From Spirochaetaceae bacterium (GTDB lineage Bacteria; Spirochaetota; Spirochaetia; DSM-2461), in NCBI GenBank assembly GCA_965224705.1, contig OZ245056.1:832001-896000 (forward strand): a stretch of DNA of 64,000 nucleotides. Reading direction: 5' to 3'. Below are positions 1 through 10,521 of the stretch, piece by piece. Made by a program: the position numbers and the translations under genes. Positions within the stretch are counted from its first letter, which is position 1, and every line of letters starts with the position of its first letter. The notes under the pieces are model-generated. The model saw only the letters and a list, made by a program, of their open reading frames with translations, ran no database searches and was not told where the DNA came from.

Positions 1-865
1 CCGCGGCATAGCAGAGGTGAGTTTAACTGCTGGCGGCAAGGGTCGTGTAGAGAGCGTCTTTGCAGCCGAAGGTGACTCCGTCGCAAAGGGGCAGTCCCTG
101 GCTGAAATTGATCCTGAGCAGGCAAGGGTGATGCACCAGACGGCCATTCTTAACGAAAACCTCGCCGAAAATACCTATGAGCGGGAGAAGAGTTTCCTCG
201 AACAGGGAAACTCATTCCAGATTAAGGTCGATCAGGCCCATATCGCATGGATGCAGGCACGTACGGCATTACTGGATGCTGAACGTTTCCGGGAGGCATC
301 GTTCGCAATAACACCAATTTCCGGAATTGTTGTACGCCGCTACATTGAACCCCATATCGAACTTGAAAGTGGCGACCCGACATTTGATGTTGCAGATCTC
401 AGCCGTATCAGGATTACGGTCAATGTTCCTGAAACGGATATCACAGGAGTTCGGAAACTTGAAAAAGCCGAAGTTGTATTTCTGTCCTTCCCGGATCAGG
501 TCTTTTCCGGCACTCCCACCGGATTTGCCCGCGCACGTTCTGATCAATCGCTGAGCTACGAAGTGCATGTGGTACTCAATAATCCTGATAATATGATTCT
601 GTCGGGACAGACAGCACAGGTACGCCTGGCACTTCGCCAACTGCAGAATTCAATTACTGTGCCATCCCGGGTTTTGATAATACGGGAGAATGCTACTTAT
701 GTCTTCGTTGTCCGTGATGGAACTGCCCATGAGGTTCAGGTATACACCGGAGTTACCAGCAATACCGAAACGGTTATTACAGCGGGGCTTTCTGACGGTG
801 ATCAGATCGTAACCGAGGGATTAAACCGCCTTGCCGATGGTGCGTCGGTTGTGGTCAGCAATTAA
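1..865 (+). CDS. RND efflux membrane fusion protein (periplasmic adaptor), 5'-truncated by window edge
   Basis: Biotinyl/hairpin/beta-barrel MFP motifs (G.V..V...EGD.V.KGQ.LA, TPISGIV, GL..GDQIV.EG); directly upstream of an AcrB-like gene. Confidence 0.9.
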   Translation, partial: RGIAEVSLTAGGKGRVESVFAAEGDSVAKGQSLAEIDPEQARVMHQTAILNENLAENTYEREKSFLEQGNSFQIKVDQAHIAWMQARTALLDAERFREASFAITPISGIVVRRYIEPHIELESGDPTFDVADLSRIRITVNVPETDITGVRKLEKAEVVFLSFPDQVFSGTPTGFARARSDQSLSYEVHVVLNNPDNMILSGQTAQVRLALRQLQNSITVPSRVLIIRENATYVFVVRDGTAHEVQVYTGVTSNTETVITAGLSDGDQIVTEGLNRLADGASVVVSN

Positions 866-878
866 AAAGGATTTTTGT

Positions 879-3800
879 ATGGAACGTATGATACGGCTTT
901 TTATTAATAAGCATATGGCGATATTTTCACTTTCAGTATTAATTGTAATTCTCGGAGTTATTTCCTATGTCACTCTTCCCCGGGAATCAACACCGGATAT
1001 TAAAATCCCCTACATCTATATTTCTACGGTTTACACAGGAGTGTCGGCAAGTGATATTGAATCACTCATCACAGAACCCATTGAAAACGAACTGGATGGT
1101 ATTGATGGACTGACAGCACTGACCAGCGAAAGTCGTCAGAATTTCTCATTCATCACAGCAGAGTTTTCTTCCGAAGTGAGCACGGAGGAGGCACTTCGCC
1201 GCACCAAGGACAGGGTGGATATTGCAAAGGCATCTCTTCCGAGTGATGCCGAAGAACCCAATGTCAGGGAAGTCAGTATTTCCGACTGGCCAGTGCTCAC
1301 GGTGGTTATTTCCCACTCCAGCGATGTTGGGGTGATCAGTTCAGCCGCAGAGCATATCAAAGATGAGCTCAAACATTTACCCGGTGTTCTTGAAGTGACC
1401 ATAGCCGGTAAACCTGACCGGGAACTGGCCATCGAACTCGATCCGTACAAGATGGCCTCGTATGGAATTTCTATTGATAACGTAAGAAATGCTGTCAGGA
1501 ATGAACATGTCACCATCCCCGGCGGAGTTCTCGATAATCAGGAAAGAAACTATTCGATAGCAGTAACAGGAGAAATAACCGAAGCATATCGATTTGGCGA
1601 CATCATGGTGGAGGGCAGAAATGGGGTCAGTGTTCCATTGAACAAAATTGCCCAGGTTACATTCCAGGAGGCCAAACGAAAGACCCGCTCACGTCTAAAC
1701 GGTGAAGCTGCAATCACCCTGGGAGTGAAGAAACGTATTGGCTCCAACATCCTTGACCTGGTGGATACTGCACGGACAAAACTTGCAGAAATGGAACCGA
1801 CATTACCAGTTGGGACAAAGGTTATTGTTACGTATGATGCCAGTCAATCCATCCGTGAAATGCTCGCTGATCTTGAGAATAATATGTTCTCAGGGTTTCT
1901 CTTTGTACTTATCGTCACTATTTTCTTCCTGGGATTTCGTAACAGTCTTTTTGTATCCATGGCAATTCCATTTTCAATGCTTCTTTCATTTTTCGTCCTT
2001 CAGATAATGGGGATCACCCTGAACATGATTGTCCTGTTCAGTCTGATCCTGGCCCTTGGGATGCTGGTTGACAATGGAATAGTGATCGTCGAGAACATCT
2101 ATCGTCACCAGACAATGGGCAAAACCCGCATTCAAGCTGCAATAGATGGAACTGGAGAGGTTGCCGCCCCCATTGCTGCAAGTACCCTTACAACACTTCT
2201 CGCCTTTTTTCCGATAAGTTTCATGCCGGGGATAATGGGCGAGTTTATGAGTTATCTCCCAAAAACAGTCATTGTTGTGCTGGCATCATCCCTCCTTGTT
2301 GCGCTGACCATCAACCCAACCTACTGTGCAAGTTTTTTGAAGGTCAGTAAGAAAGGTATAGAGGGAGGGGCCGTCTTTGCCCGTATTGAGAACTGGTATA
2401 CCCGGGTACTCACACGGGCAACCGCCCATGGCGGAAGGACTGTTTTGATTATTACCGGTATTGTAATAGCAGGTTTTGTAACATATGGGATGTTTTCCGC
2501 TGAGGTTATTTTCTTCCCTGAAATTGACCCGGAACGTGTACGCATTGATCTGGAGACGCCTCAGGGTACTCCTGTTGAAAGAACAAATAGGATTGTTCGC
2601 CAGGTGGAGGAGGCTATACCTGAAATCGAAATGTCGCTGGAGAATTTCACGGGAACGGCAGGTCAATCGGGTAGTGGTGATGTTGAAAGTCATCAGGGTG
2701 AAGTCACTATCAATTTCACCCCATTCGCAGAGCGTGAAATTCCTGGAGCAACAGCATTGAAGCGTATTCAGACATCAATGAACAAATTGGTGACCGGAGC
2801 CGTTTTCCAGGTCAGGTCAAGCGATTCAGGGCCATCCTCGGGAGATGATGTCTCGTACGAAATTCAAGGCGATGATTATAAGACTATAGGTGATATTACT
2901 GGTCGGATGATGGATGTCCTTCTGCCCCATGAAGCAGCATTCAAGATCATCGAGAATGACTACGAGGCAAATCTCCCCGAAATCCTTGTGAATATAGACC
3001 GGCAGCTGGCAGCACATTACGGGTTGAGTACCGCATCGGTTGCCAGTACTGTAAGGACAGCGATTACCGGTTCAAAGATAGGTGTGTTCCGATACGACGA
3101 TGAGGAATATGATATATCACTCAGGTACAGGGACAAAACAAGGGATTCGCTTCAAATGCTCCGCAACATAAAAATTGCTGCACCCGATGGACGGCTTGTT
3201 CCCCTCAGTCTTATTGCAGAAATCAATCCTCAATCAAGCGTCAGTGTTATTAAACGGCGTAATCTCAATAGAGCAGTCAGTGTTTCGGCTAATTTTCATC
3301 CCGGGAACAAAGAACGAAGCAATATCCTGGCAGCAATTGATGCGGAAGTAACAGCCCTGAAATCGGAGCTTCCCCCTGGGTACTCCATTGGCTCAGGAGC
3401 GGGATCCGATGTCCGCAGCGAATCCACTACATTTCTAATCCAGGCATTTGTTGTGGCTGTTTTTTTGATTTTTATCGTTTTAATCGCACAGTTTAACTCC
3501 CTGGCGGATGCATTCATTGTTATCTACGCTGTTTTTCTGAGTCTTGGCGGAGTCATGTGGGGTTTCGCTTTCGGGGGTGTCATTTCAAATCAGAATTTCA
3601 CCATCATCATGTCCGGGATCGGCTCCATTGCACTTGCAGGAGTGGCGGTCAATAACTGTATAGTCCTGGTCGATTACACCCATAAGCTTATACGCAGAGA
3701 AACATCATGGCGTGAAGCCGTGGTTCTTGCTGGCAAAACACGTCTCCGTCCGGTCATACTGACGGCTCTTACAACTATTCTGGCCCTGGTTCCAATGGCG

Positions 3801-3998
3801 GTGGGCGTGAGCTTTGATGTCCGTTCATTCAAAATCGTTGTCGGAAGCGAATCCTCCGAATTCTGGAAGTCATTTGCGTGGACAATGCTCTATGGACTGG
3901 CATTTGCAACGGTGACGACACTTATAGTTGTGCCTTCAATGCTGAGCATCAAGTATAGATTTCTGGAACGCAGGAAGGGTGTTGCGGCGGTTCACTAA
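879..3998 (+). CDS. RND efflux permease, AcrB/AcrD/AcrF family
   Basis: ~1040 aa; GMLVDNGIVIVENI and RLRPVILTALTT motifs; AAGGA RBS before ATG at 879. Confidence 0.95.
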   Translation: MERMIRLFINKHMAIFSLSVLIVILGVISYVTLPRESTPDIKIPYIYISTVYTGVSASDIESLITEPIENELDGIDGLTALTSESRQNFSFITAEFSSEVSTEEALRRTKDRVDIAKASLPSDAEEPNVREVSISDWPVLTVVISHSSDVGVISSAAEHIKDELKHLPGVLEVTIAGKPDRELAIELDPYKMASYGISIDNVRNAVRNEHVTIPGGVLDNQERNYSIAVTGEITEAYRFGDIMVEGRNGVSVPLNKIAQVTFQEAKRKTRSRLNGEAAITLGVKKRIGSNILDLVDTARTKLAEMEPTLPVGTKVIVTYDASQSIREMLADLENNMFSGFLFVLIVTIFFLGFRNSLFVSMAIPFSMLLSFFVLQIMGITLNMIVLFSLILALGMLVDNGIVIVENIYRHQTMGKTRIQAAIDGTGEVAAPIAASTLTTLLAFFPISFMPGIMGEFMSYLPKTVIVVLASSLLVALTINPTYCASFLKVSKKGIEGGAVFARIENWYTRVLTRATAHGGRTVLIITGIVIAGFVTYGMFSAEVIFFPEIDPERVRIDLETPQGTPVERTNRIVRQVEEAIPEIEMSLENFTGTAGQSGSGDVESHQGEVTINFTPFAEREIPGATALKRIQTSMNKLVTGAVFQVRSSDSGPSSGDDVSYEIQGDDYKTIGDITGRMMDVLLPHEAAFKIIENDYEANLPEILVNIDRQLAAHYGLSTASVASTVRTAITGSKIGVFRYDDEEYDISLRYRDKTRDSLQMLRNIKIAAPDGRLVPLSLIAEINPQSSVSVIKRRNLNRAVSVSANFHPGNKERSNILAAIDAEVTALKSELPPGYSIGSGAGSDVRSESTTFLIQAFVVAVFLIFIVLIAQFNSLADAFIVIYAVFLSLGGVMWGFAFGGVISNQNFTIIMSGIGSIALAGVAVNNCIVLVDYTHKLIRRETSWREAVVLAGKTRLRPVILTALTTILALVPMAVGVSFDVRSFKIVVGSESSEFWKSFAWTMLYGLAFATVTTLIVVPSMLSIKYRFLERRKGVAAVH

Positions 3999-4002
3999 CC
4001 AG

Positions 4003-4163
4003 GAGTCTGTCGGACTTTGAGACTTCGAGGCGATTTCTGATGATTTTTTTCCGATACAAGGCGGCAAAAGCGGAGCGTAGCTGGGCTACGTGAGCATTTT
4101 GACAACGCAGTAGCGGGAAAAAAGGGCAGAAATCGAGCCGTGAGGCGTAAGTCCGACAGGCTC
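4003..4163 (-). mobile_element. 161-bp palindromic MITE-like element, copy 1
   Basis: TIR GAGTCTGTCGGACTT...AAGTCCGACAGGCTC; flanks CCAG/CTAG; homologous to four other copies. Confidence 0.9.
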
Positions 4164-5489
4164 CTAGGGAGTCTGGCGTAGAAGCTCAATTGCTTTCCCG
4201 GCAGCATCCATCAAACTCAGTCCATTGAAACTCACCCTATTATGCAGATCCTTGAGGTTCATAGTGTTCCCTTCTGCTTCATCAGGGCCTGCAATTATGG
4301 CAAGGGGGATGCCTTTGGCTTCGGCATATTTGAACTGAGCGGTGATTTTCTTAGCTTCGGGATAAACTTCAGCAGAAAGACCGGCCGCTCTGAAATCTCG
4401 TGCATAGCTCTGATACCTGGCAAGAAGGGATTCATCCAGCATTAGAATCAGAACATCCGTAACAGAGGTGCGTTTTTTTAGTTTTCCCAATTCATCCATC
4501 CCGGCCATAAGCCTGTCCAGACCAATGGAAGCCCCAACTCCACCAAGAGGTTCTTTCATGAAGAGTCCTGTGAGATTGTTGTACCGACCACCAGAACAGA
4601 CCGAACCAAGGCCGGGTAATTCGTTGAGGAAGGTTTCAAATACGATGCCGGTGTAGTAATCAAGGCCCCGGGTGATGGATGGGTCCAGGGTAAGGATGTG
4701 CTGCATTTGAAGCTCATCCACTGCGTTTAATATGGTGAGCATTCTACTATGGTCCTGATCGTTTTCAGTACTGGATAAAGCAGCCATTTTCTCAAGAGTT
4801 TCCCGGTTGCTTCCTGTCGGTGTGATGAAGTCCAGAAGGATATCAATATCCCTGGAGTTCATGAGATCTGTCAGCAGAATTCTCACTTCATTCCGCCCGA
4901 TTTTTGCCATCTTGTCAACGATGCGGAGTATTTCAGTACATTCGTTCTTTAAGCCCAGTCTGACTAAAAGTTTATTGAACAGTCCCCTGTGGCTGAACCG
5001 GATATGGGCAGTTCCAGCACCTGCGGCATGAATTCCATCGGCCATCATCAACATAATTTCCAGGTCTGCTGATGGGCTGTCTGTTCCCACGATGTCGAAG
5101 TCGCATTGGATGAATTCCCTGTATCGGCCCCGTTGTGTGTTTTCTCCCCGCCAGACCTTACCTATGTGATAGCGCTTGAAGGGCATGACCAGATCGGATC
5201 TATGGCTGGCAACATAGCGGGCGAAGGGAACTGTCAAATCAAAACGGAGGGCGACATCCCTGCCTCCATGGTCCGTGAACCGATAAGTCTGTTTGTCTGT
5301 TTCGCCGCCGCTCTTGGAGAGCAAAATCTCAGTATATTCCAGTGCGGGAGTATCGATTGGAGTATAACCGAAGGAAGTGAAATGCTTCTGCAGGAGTCCT
5401 ATAAGCTCCTGCCTGGGGATCTCAGCATCAGGCAGAAAATCTCTAAATCCCTTGAGAACTCTGGGTTGTATTATATCAGACATTTTCAT
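4164..5489 (-). CDS. hisS: Histidyl-tRNA synthetase
   Basis: KGFRDFLP, LRFDLTVPFAR, GRYREFIQCDFD, RGLDYYTG and GGRY motifs. Confidence 0.97.
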   Translation of the reverse strand: MKMSDIIQPRVLKGFRDFLPDAEIPRQELIGLLQKHFTSFGYTPIDTPALEYTEILLSKSGGETDKQTYRFTDHGGRDVALRFDLTVPFARYVASHRSDLVMPFKRYHIGKVWRGENTQRGRYREFIQCDFDIVGTDSPSADLEIMLMMADGIHAAGAGTAHIRFSHRGLFNKLLVRLGLKNECTEILRIVDKMAKIGRNEVRILLTDLMNSRDIDILLDFITPTGSNRETLEKMAALSSTENDQDHSRMLTILNAVDELQMQHILTLDPSITRGLDYYTGIVFETFLNELPGLGSVCSGGRYNNLTGLFMKEPLGGVGASIGLDRLMAGMDELGKLKKRTSVTDVLILMLDESLLARYQSYARDFRAAGLSAEVYPEAKKITAQFKYAEAKGIPLAIIAGPDEAEGNTMNLKDLHNRVSFNGLSLMDAAGKAIELLRQTP

Positions 5490-5506
5490 TCCATATTATG
5501 GATCGA

Positions 5507-8359
5507 TCAGTAAAGAGGCAATCCCTGAAGTGTTATATCAAATGCCAGAGACCGGGTTTGCCACAGCCAGTTGAGGTCCAATCCAAGACTTGTTCCTGAA
5601 AAGCTGTTGAATGACGATAAGTCAATGTTCAGAGCAATGCCCGTTGACCACTGAGGGACGAGCGGACCGTTGGTTACAAGTGCATTGGAGTCTCCAGTCC
5701 ACTTAAAATCCGAATGTAGGCCAAGGCGCAAACGCTGAATGTAGACCAGAGCACCAAGCGGCTGGTCGAGATTGATGAGAGAGAACTCATAATCAACGCT
5801 GCCAAGAAGAGTTAGGCCTGCATATTGGCTGGCATATCCTCGTGCCCCACCCAATCGTGACGTGAAATTGGCTGTCATACGTTCTAAACCAAAGCGTAAT
5901 TGCAGGAAGGTATTGCGAAAACCGCCAGGGAGGTGGAGTATCAGTTCTCCTGTCAGAGATTCTGCCTTGTAAGAATGCAGTGGAATATGGGAATAAGTGC
6001 CTTTCACCTTCCATCCAAAATCAGGCTTAAAGGCCTGCTTTGATCCGGTTAAATAGCGGAACCACTCCGTTGTGTAAGTGAGTAGAGGATATACTGGGTC
6101 TTGTCCAAACCATATGAAGCCCCCGGAAACATTGAATATGAGAATATGTTCCCAGAGTCCATTTCTGGCGAGATTAGCAGCATAGAAGGCCCCGATCCTT
6201 GAGGAGATATAGTGACTTGGATTACTGGTGTTTATATTGCGGTATTTCCAGGTATTGAAGAGGTAAAAAACAGGCCTGATTCCTGTGTAAAGCAGTGACA
6301 GGTAGGCTCCCGGAGAAATCTCAGCGGTATCGTATGATGCACCGAGTTCCCATTCAAAGGTTTTAAGAATGTCACTGGACTTCACACCGAGCAGGAGATT
6401 TGAGGGATTATTTTTATCAACGGAGATACCCCATGAATGGATATTGAAAGCATGGGAGGTCAATCTATAGGGGGTTTCTGGATGCTCTGTATTGCCTCTG
6501 GCAATCACTTCGGCACTATTCTCAGGACTGCGAAGGGCCAGGTCCGGGACTGTTGGGGCTGGATCCTCAGAGATGTCATTGGGTGGACGTATGGATGAAC
6601 TCCGTCTTGAGTATTGAACTCTTGCAATGCGTTCTCCCTTACTGGATGAGTATTCAACAAAGTAAATCCACTGTCCATTGGAAGATGGTACTGGTAATGA
6701 TGCAGAATACCATCGCTGAGCAACATGATAGACTTCCTGAGTTTCGATGGAGACCGACCACAGGGATTCAATTCCGCCGGCATTACTCGAATAGATAACC
6801 TCCCGGCCATCAGCCGAATACACTGGATTTTTAACGGTTTCCCAGGACAGGGGTGTGAGCCAGTGCAGTTGAGGTGTATCAATCTCCCACTCGGCAATAC
6901 GCCTGCCGGAGTTACTGCGGACGGTGAAGACAATCCTATCTCCAGAAGGTGACCATGATGGGAAGGCCGCACTTGACTGCTCAAGGGAAAGTTCTTTTAG
7001 AATGGTTCCACTTCCCGCATCCAGAATGACGAGTCGATTTTTATTTCCACGGCCTGTTTCCGCTGCTGCAATTAATTGACCATCAGGAGAAAGTCCAGGG
7101 TAGAGATATCGGGAACCGGTAACCGGATAAGTTCGTTTGAGGATTCGGCCCTTTTTGCTCAAATCAACAACGGTGATATCACTGACACTGATGTCTGAAT
7201 TGCGGGGATTGAATCTGAGAGAGTTCCATGCCAGCCGGTAGCCGGACCGGTATGGTATCATGCTTATCCGTCCCTTTGAAGGAAAACGCATCCACTCGTC
7301 TTCAGTGCCGTCGGAGGACAGGCGAACCAGTTTCGGAGGATCCTTCAATGTTATGCGGCGGGCAAAGACGACATCACCCTCAGGACTTCCCGGGTCAACA
7401 AGAAGAGTATCGTAACGGGTGAAGCCTGTGTTTGGCTGACTGACTGTTTCGGCTGGTGTAAAAGAAGTTGATTCTTTAAGCTTACGGGTTTCAGCGGCGA
7501 GGCTCTGGAACATTTCCTTGAAGATTTCCCTGGGATGCTTGCCTGTCGCCTTTACCATCCCTATGTCAATAGCCAGGGCTGGGAGTCCAATTCTGGCTGA
7601 ATACCTGTAGATCGTGCTGATTGCTTCATCTCCGTATTTCTGACGAATCCACGCAGAGAGTTCATAGCCAAGGTGGTAGGCACTGGGATGATGCTCCTTG
7701 AAGGATTTATTGGCTATTTTGTGATAGCTGATCTCAGGATCGTCGGCAGCAATGAGGGCCATCTCCTGGGTGAACAGGGGATCCCGCCCCCGGCCTTCAC
7801 GGGACAGTTCTGTCTCCATGTAGGTGGAATCCCCCTCAAGCAGCCAATGGGGATGCCCCAGAACAATACCGGCTCCCCAGCCAAGGTCACCAAACAGAAC
7901 CCGCAAAAATCTGGTAAAGCCCTGGTCGGCAGCATCAAAGTGAGCAAGGTGGAGGCCTTCATGCCGTGCCAGGAGCATCCACCAGTCTGAAACGGCTGTA
8001 AATTCTTCTCCGGGAGTGGAATACCAGACACTTCTCCGCGGCATCAGGCTGACATAACCGTTGGCTGCTGCACTGAGATCTGTAAGAACAAGAGGCCATT
8101 TCTTCTTGCGGTGCTTTGGGGGTATATCACTGGAGACGGACTTGAGGACTTCATCCAGAACCATTGACAGGGCAGCGGCATCATCGGAAAGCGTGTCCGG
8201 GTAAATAATGTGAAAATGCTCCGTTTCTCTTTGCTTCCATTGGGATCCCGGGATGTATTGTGCGGAGAGGTCTATCAAGCATGTTGATGTGGTTAATATG
8301 CTCAAAAGGACCAGCAGTCGAAGTCTGGTTCGTAAGCAATGGTGCGAAGCTGGCAACAT
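5507..8359 (-). CDS. Exported protein with HExxH metallopeptidase-like N-domain, TolB/PD40 beta-propeller and probable C-terminal beta-barrel
   Basis: Signal-like N-terminus; RHEGLH followed by WLLEG; PGLSPDG, PSWSPSG and PVYSADG repeats; amphipathic aromatic C-terminus. Confidence 0.65.
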   Translation of the reverse strand: MLPASHHCLRTRLRLLVLLSILTTSTCLIDLSAQYIPGSQWKQRETEHFHIIYPDTLSDDAAALSMVLDEVLKSVSSDIPPKHRKKKWPLVLTDLSAAANGYVSLMPRRSVWYSTPGEEFTAVSDWWMLLARHEGLHLAHFDAADQGFTRFLRVLFGDLGWGAGIVLGHPHWLLEGDSTYMETELSREGRGRDPLFTQEMALIAADDPEISYHKIANKSFKEHHPSAYHLGYELSAWIRQKYGDEAISTIYRYSARIGLPALAIDIGMVKATGKHPREIFKEMFQSLAAETRKLKESTSFTPAETVSQPNTGFTRYDTLLVDPGSPEGDVVFARRITLKDPPKLVRLSSDGTEDEWMRFPSKGRISMIPYRSGYRLAWNSLRFNPRNSDISVSDITVVDLSKKGRILKRTYPVTGSRYLYPGLSPDGQLIAAAETGRGNKNRLVILDAGSGTILKELSLEQSSAAFPSWSPSGDRIVFTVRSNSGRRIAEWEIDTPQLHWLTPLSWETVKNPVYSADGREVIYSSNAGGIESLWSVSIETQEVYHVAQRWYSASLPVPSSNGQWIYFVEYSSSKGERIARVQYSRRSSSIRPPNDISEDPAPTVPDLALRSPENSAEVIARGNTEHPETPYRLTSHAFNIHSWGISVDKNNPSNLLLGVKSSDILKTFEWELGASYDTAEISPGAYLSLLYTGIRPVFYLFNTWKYRNINTSNPSHYISSRIGAFYAANLARNGLWEHILIFNVSGGFIWFGQDPVYPLLTYTTEWFRYLTGSKQAFKPDFGWKVKGTYSHIPLHSYKAESLTGELILHLPGGFRNTFLQLRFGLERMTANFTSRLGGARGYASQYAGLTLLGSVDYEFSLINLDQPLGALVYIQRLRLGLHSDFKWTGDSNALVTNGPLVPQWSTGIALNIDLSSFNSFSGTSLGLDLNWLWQTRSLAFDITLQGLPLY

Positions 8360-8927
8360 ATAACCAGAAGTATATCATTCAAATCCGGTTTTGTCATTGA
8401 TTTTTTATTTCTCCTTCTCAGGAGATCATGTGTGAAGGATGACATTGCGAGTTTTCCGGCTGTTGAAATTGCTGTTTCACAGGGCAATCCTTATCTTTCT
8501 CAGGACAAACGACTGGAACTGTTGAATGCAACTGAAAATAAATTATGGGCCATCCAGAAAGCCGCAAGAAGGGAAAAAAGCTTTACGGAACAAAGTGAAA
8601 ATTGCCGAACGATATGGGCGAATTATTGAAAAGTATATAGTGGACAAACACTTCAAGTAGAGATTAGGGACGATGACTTTTTGTTTCCCGTAACGAAGAA
8701 TCCATCGGACAGGAAGAGGCAAAGTTCACCTGTCAGGAAGGCCTTGCGTTCACCTCATGGCAATCACAAAACAACCTGAAGAGCTAAAAATACAGTACAA
8801 TCCCATGTAAACAGTAAATAACATAGAATTTACTTGTAAATCTTTTTTTGATAGCGAATTACTAGCTTTTTTAGCTAAAAAATTCGGCTTAAAATGGGTG
8901 TTGTTCTTAGAATGAACAATTCAACAC

Positions 8928-8986
8928 TTGTATTTTTTTCCATGATATATTATCATATCAATCAGCTTACAAATCAAACGAGGAGA
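8928..8986 (+). promoter_or_regulatory. Putative sigma70 promoter and RBS of the BCCT operon
   Basis: TTGTAT followed by an AT-rich TATATTAT -10 candidate, and GAGGAG ahead of ATG 8992. Confidence 0.4.
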
Positions 8987-8991
8987 AATGT

Positions 8992-10518
8992 ATGGACACA
9001 GGCAATGATACGCATGAATCTACAAATACCGATAAGTTGTCTTTGATTATCAGCGTCGGTTTTATGTTGTTATTTGTCATTTTTTATTTCATTAACAGTG
9101 AAGCATTAGGAAATGCAGTAAACACAGGTTTTGCGTGGTCGATTAAGTACTTCGGCGCATATTGGCAGGTGCTGCTTTTAGCAACATTTCTCATAGGCCT
9201 GGGGATCGCAATCAGCAGAAACGGAAGTTCAAAGCTGGGAGGATTAGAGAAGCCTGAGTTTATCACTCCTTCATGGATAGCGATTATAATGTGTACCTTG
9301 CTTGCGGGCGGAGGCGTTTTTTGGGCTGCTGCAGAACCCATTGCTCATTTTGTGAGTCCACCTCCAACATTTGCTGCGAGTGACAATCCATTTCAAATAG
9401 GAATCAATGCCCTCTCTCAGTCTTTTATGCATTGGGGTTTTTTGGCGTGGGCAATTTTAGGATCCCTTACGACGATAGTACTTTCCTATTTGCATTATGA
9501 CAAAGGCCTCCCATTGAAACCGAGAACATTGCTTTATCCACTCTTCAAAGAAAAAATTCACGGACCTATTGGTTCAGTCATCGATGCTTGTTGTCTCATT
9601 GCAGTTGCAGCAGGAACCATTGGACCCATTGGATTTTTAGGGCTTCAAGTGAGCTACATTTTGAATGACCTCTTCAATGTCCCAGATGCATTTATTACTC
9701 AACTCCTTGTCATCGCCGTTGCCACTTCCGTATATGTCACATCAGCTTTAACGGGTATCTATAAAGGCATACGAATTTTGAGTAAATACAATGTCAGCCT
9801 GGCAGTGCTCCTGATGCTCTATATTTTGATATTTGGGAGAACAGGATTTATCGTCGATGCTTATTTGCAAGGTGTCGGCAACCTTATTTCTAACTTTTTT
9901 GAAATGGCTGCCTTTCGGAGCGATACGGGTTGGCTTGGTTGGTGGACGGTATTTTTCTGGGGCTGGTTTCTGGGCTATGGTCCTGTCATGGCGATCTTCA
10001 TCGCTCGCATTTCACGAGGCAGAAGTATTCGTCAGATGATATTGACTATTAGCATCATCGCTCCTCTGGTAACGATGTTTTGGTTCACCATTGTTGGCGG
10101 AAGCGGCATTGCCCATGAAATTACAAGCGCAGGAGCGGTAAGCAAGGGGTTTGAAGGGTTCAATCTTCCGGGTGCCCTGTTGGCAATTACCAGTACCCTG
10201 CCATTGTCGACCTTGATATCGGTGTTGTTCCTGATTCTTACGATTACATTCATTGTCACAACAGGCGATTCTATTACATACACGATGAGCGTCATTAGCT
10301 CTTCATCGACGAAGCCTCCTCCAATGATGCGTGCCGTATGGGGTGTTGCAATGGGAATCGTAGCCATCATACTCATTTCAATTGGTTCAAGCGGTATTTC
10401 GGCATTGCAATCCTTCATTGTCATCACGGCAGTTCCAGTATCCTTGATATTGCTGCCGTCATTGTGGGATGCGCCGAAGATCGCAAAAAAGATGTCCGAA
10501 GAACAAGAAATAAAATAA
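8992..10518 (+). CDS. BCCT family (betaine/carnitine/choline) transporter
   Basis: 12-TM profile; GVFWAAAEP, HWGFLAW and WTVFFWGWFLGYGP..AIFIARISRGRSIR motifs. Confidence 0.93.
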   Translation: MDTGNDTHESTNTDKLSLIISVGFMLLFVIFYFINSEALGNAVNTGFAWSIKYFGAYWQVLLLATFLIGLGIAISRNGSSKLGGLEKPEFITPSWIAIIMCTLLAGGGVFWAAAEPIAHFVSPPPTFAASDNPFQIGINALSQSFMHWGFLAWAILGSLTTIVLSYLHYDKGLPLKPRTLLYPLFKEKIHGPIGSVIDACCLIAVAAGTIGPIGFLGLQVSYILNDLFNVPDAFITQLLVIAVATSVYVTSALTGIYKGIRILSKYNVSLAVLLMLYILIFGRTGFIVDAYLQGVGNLISNFFEMAAFRSDTGWLGWWTVFFWGWFLGYGPVMAIFIARISRGRSIRQMILTISIIAPLVTMFWFTIVGGSGIAHEITSAGAVSKGFEGFNLPGALLAITSTLPLSTLISVLFLILTITFIVTTGDSITYTMSVISSSSTKPPPMMRAVWGVAMGIVAIILISIGSSGISALQSFIVITAVPVSLILLPSLWDAPKIAKKMSEEQEIK

Positions 10519-10521
10519 ATT

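Noticed and set aside
3995..4207. 70-aa ORF (and 58979-59287, 102 aa) with similar peptides, looking like a small gene family
   Set aside because: These are the open frames of the palindromic element; no independent RBS or coding context.
8339..8629. 96-aa ORF at the left edge of the catabolic island
   Set aside because: No recognisable motif or RBS and it overlaps a divergent gene start; may be a remnant but is unsupported.
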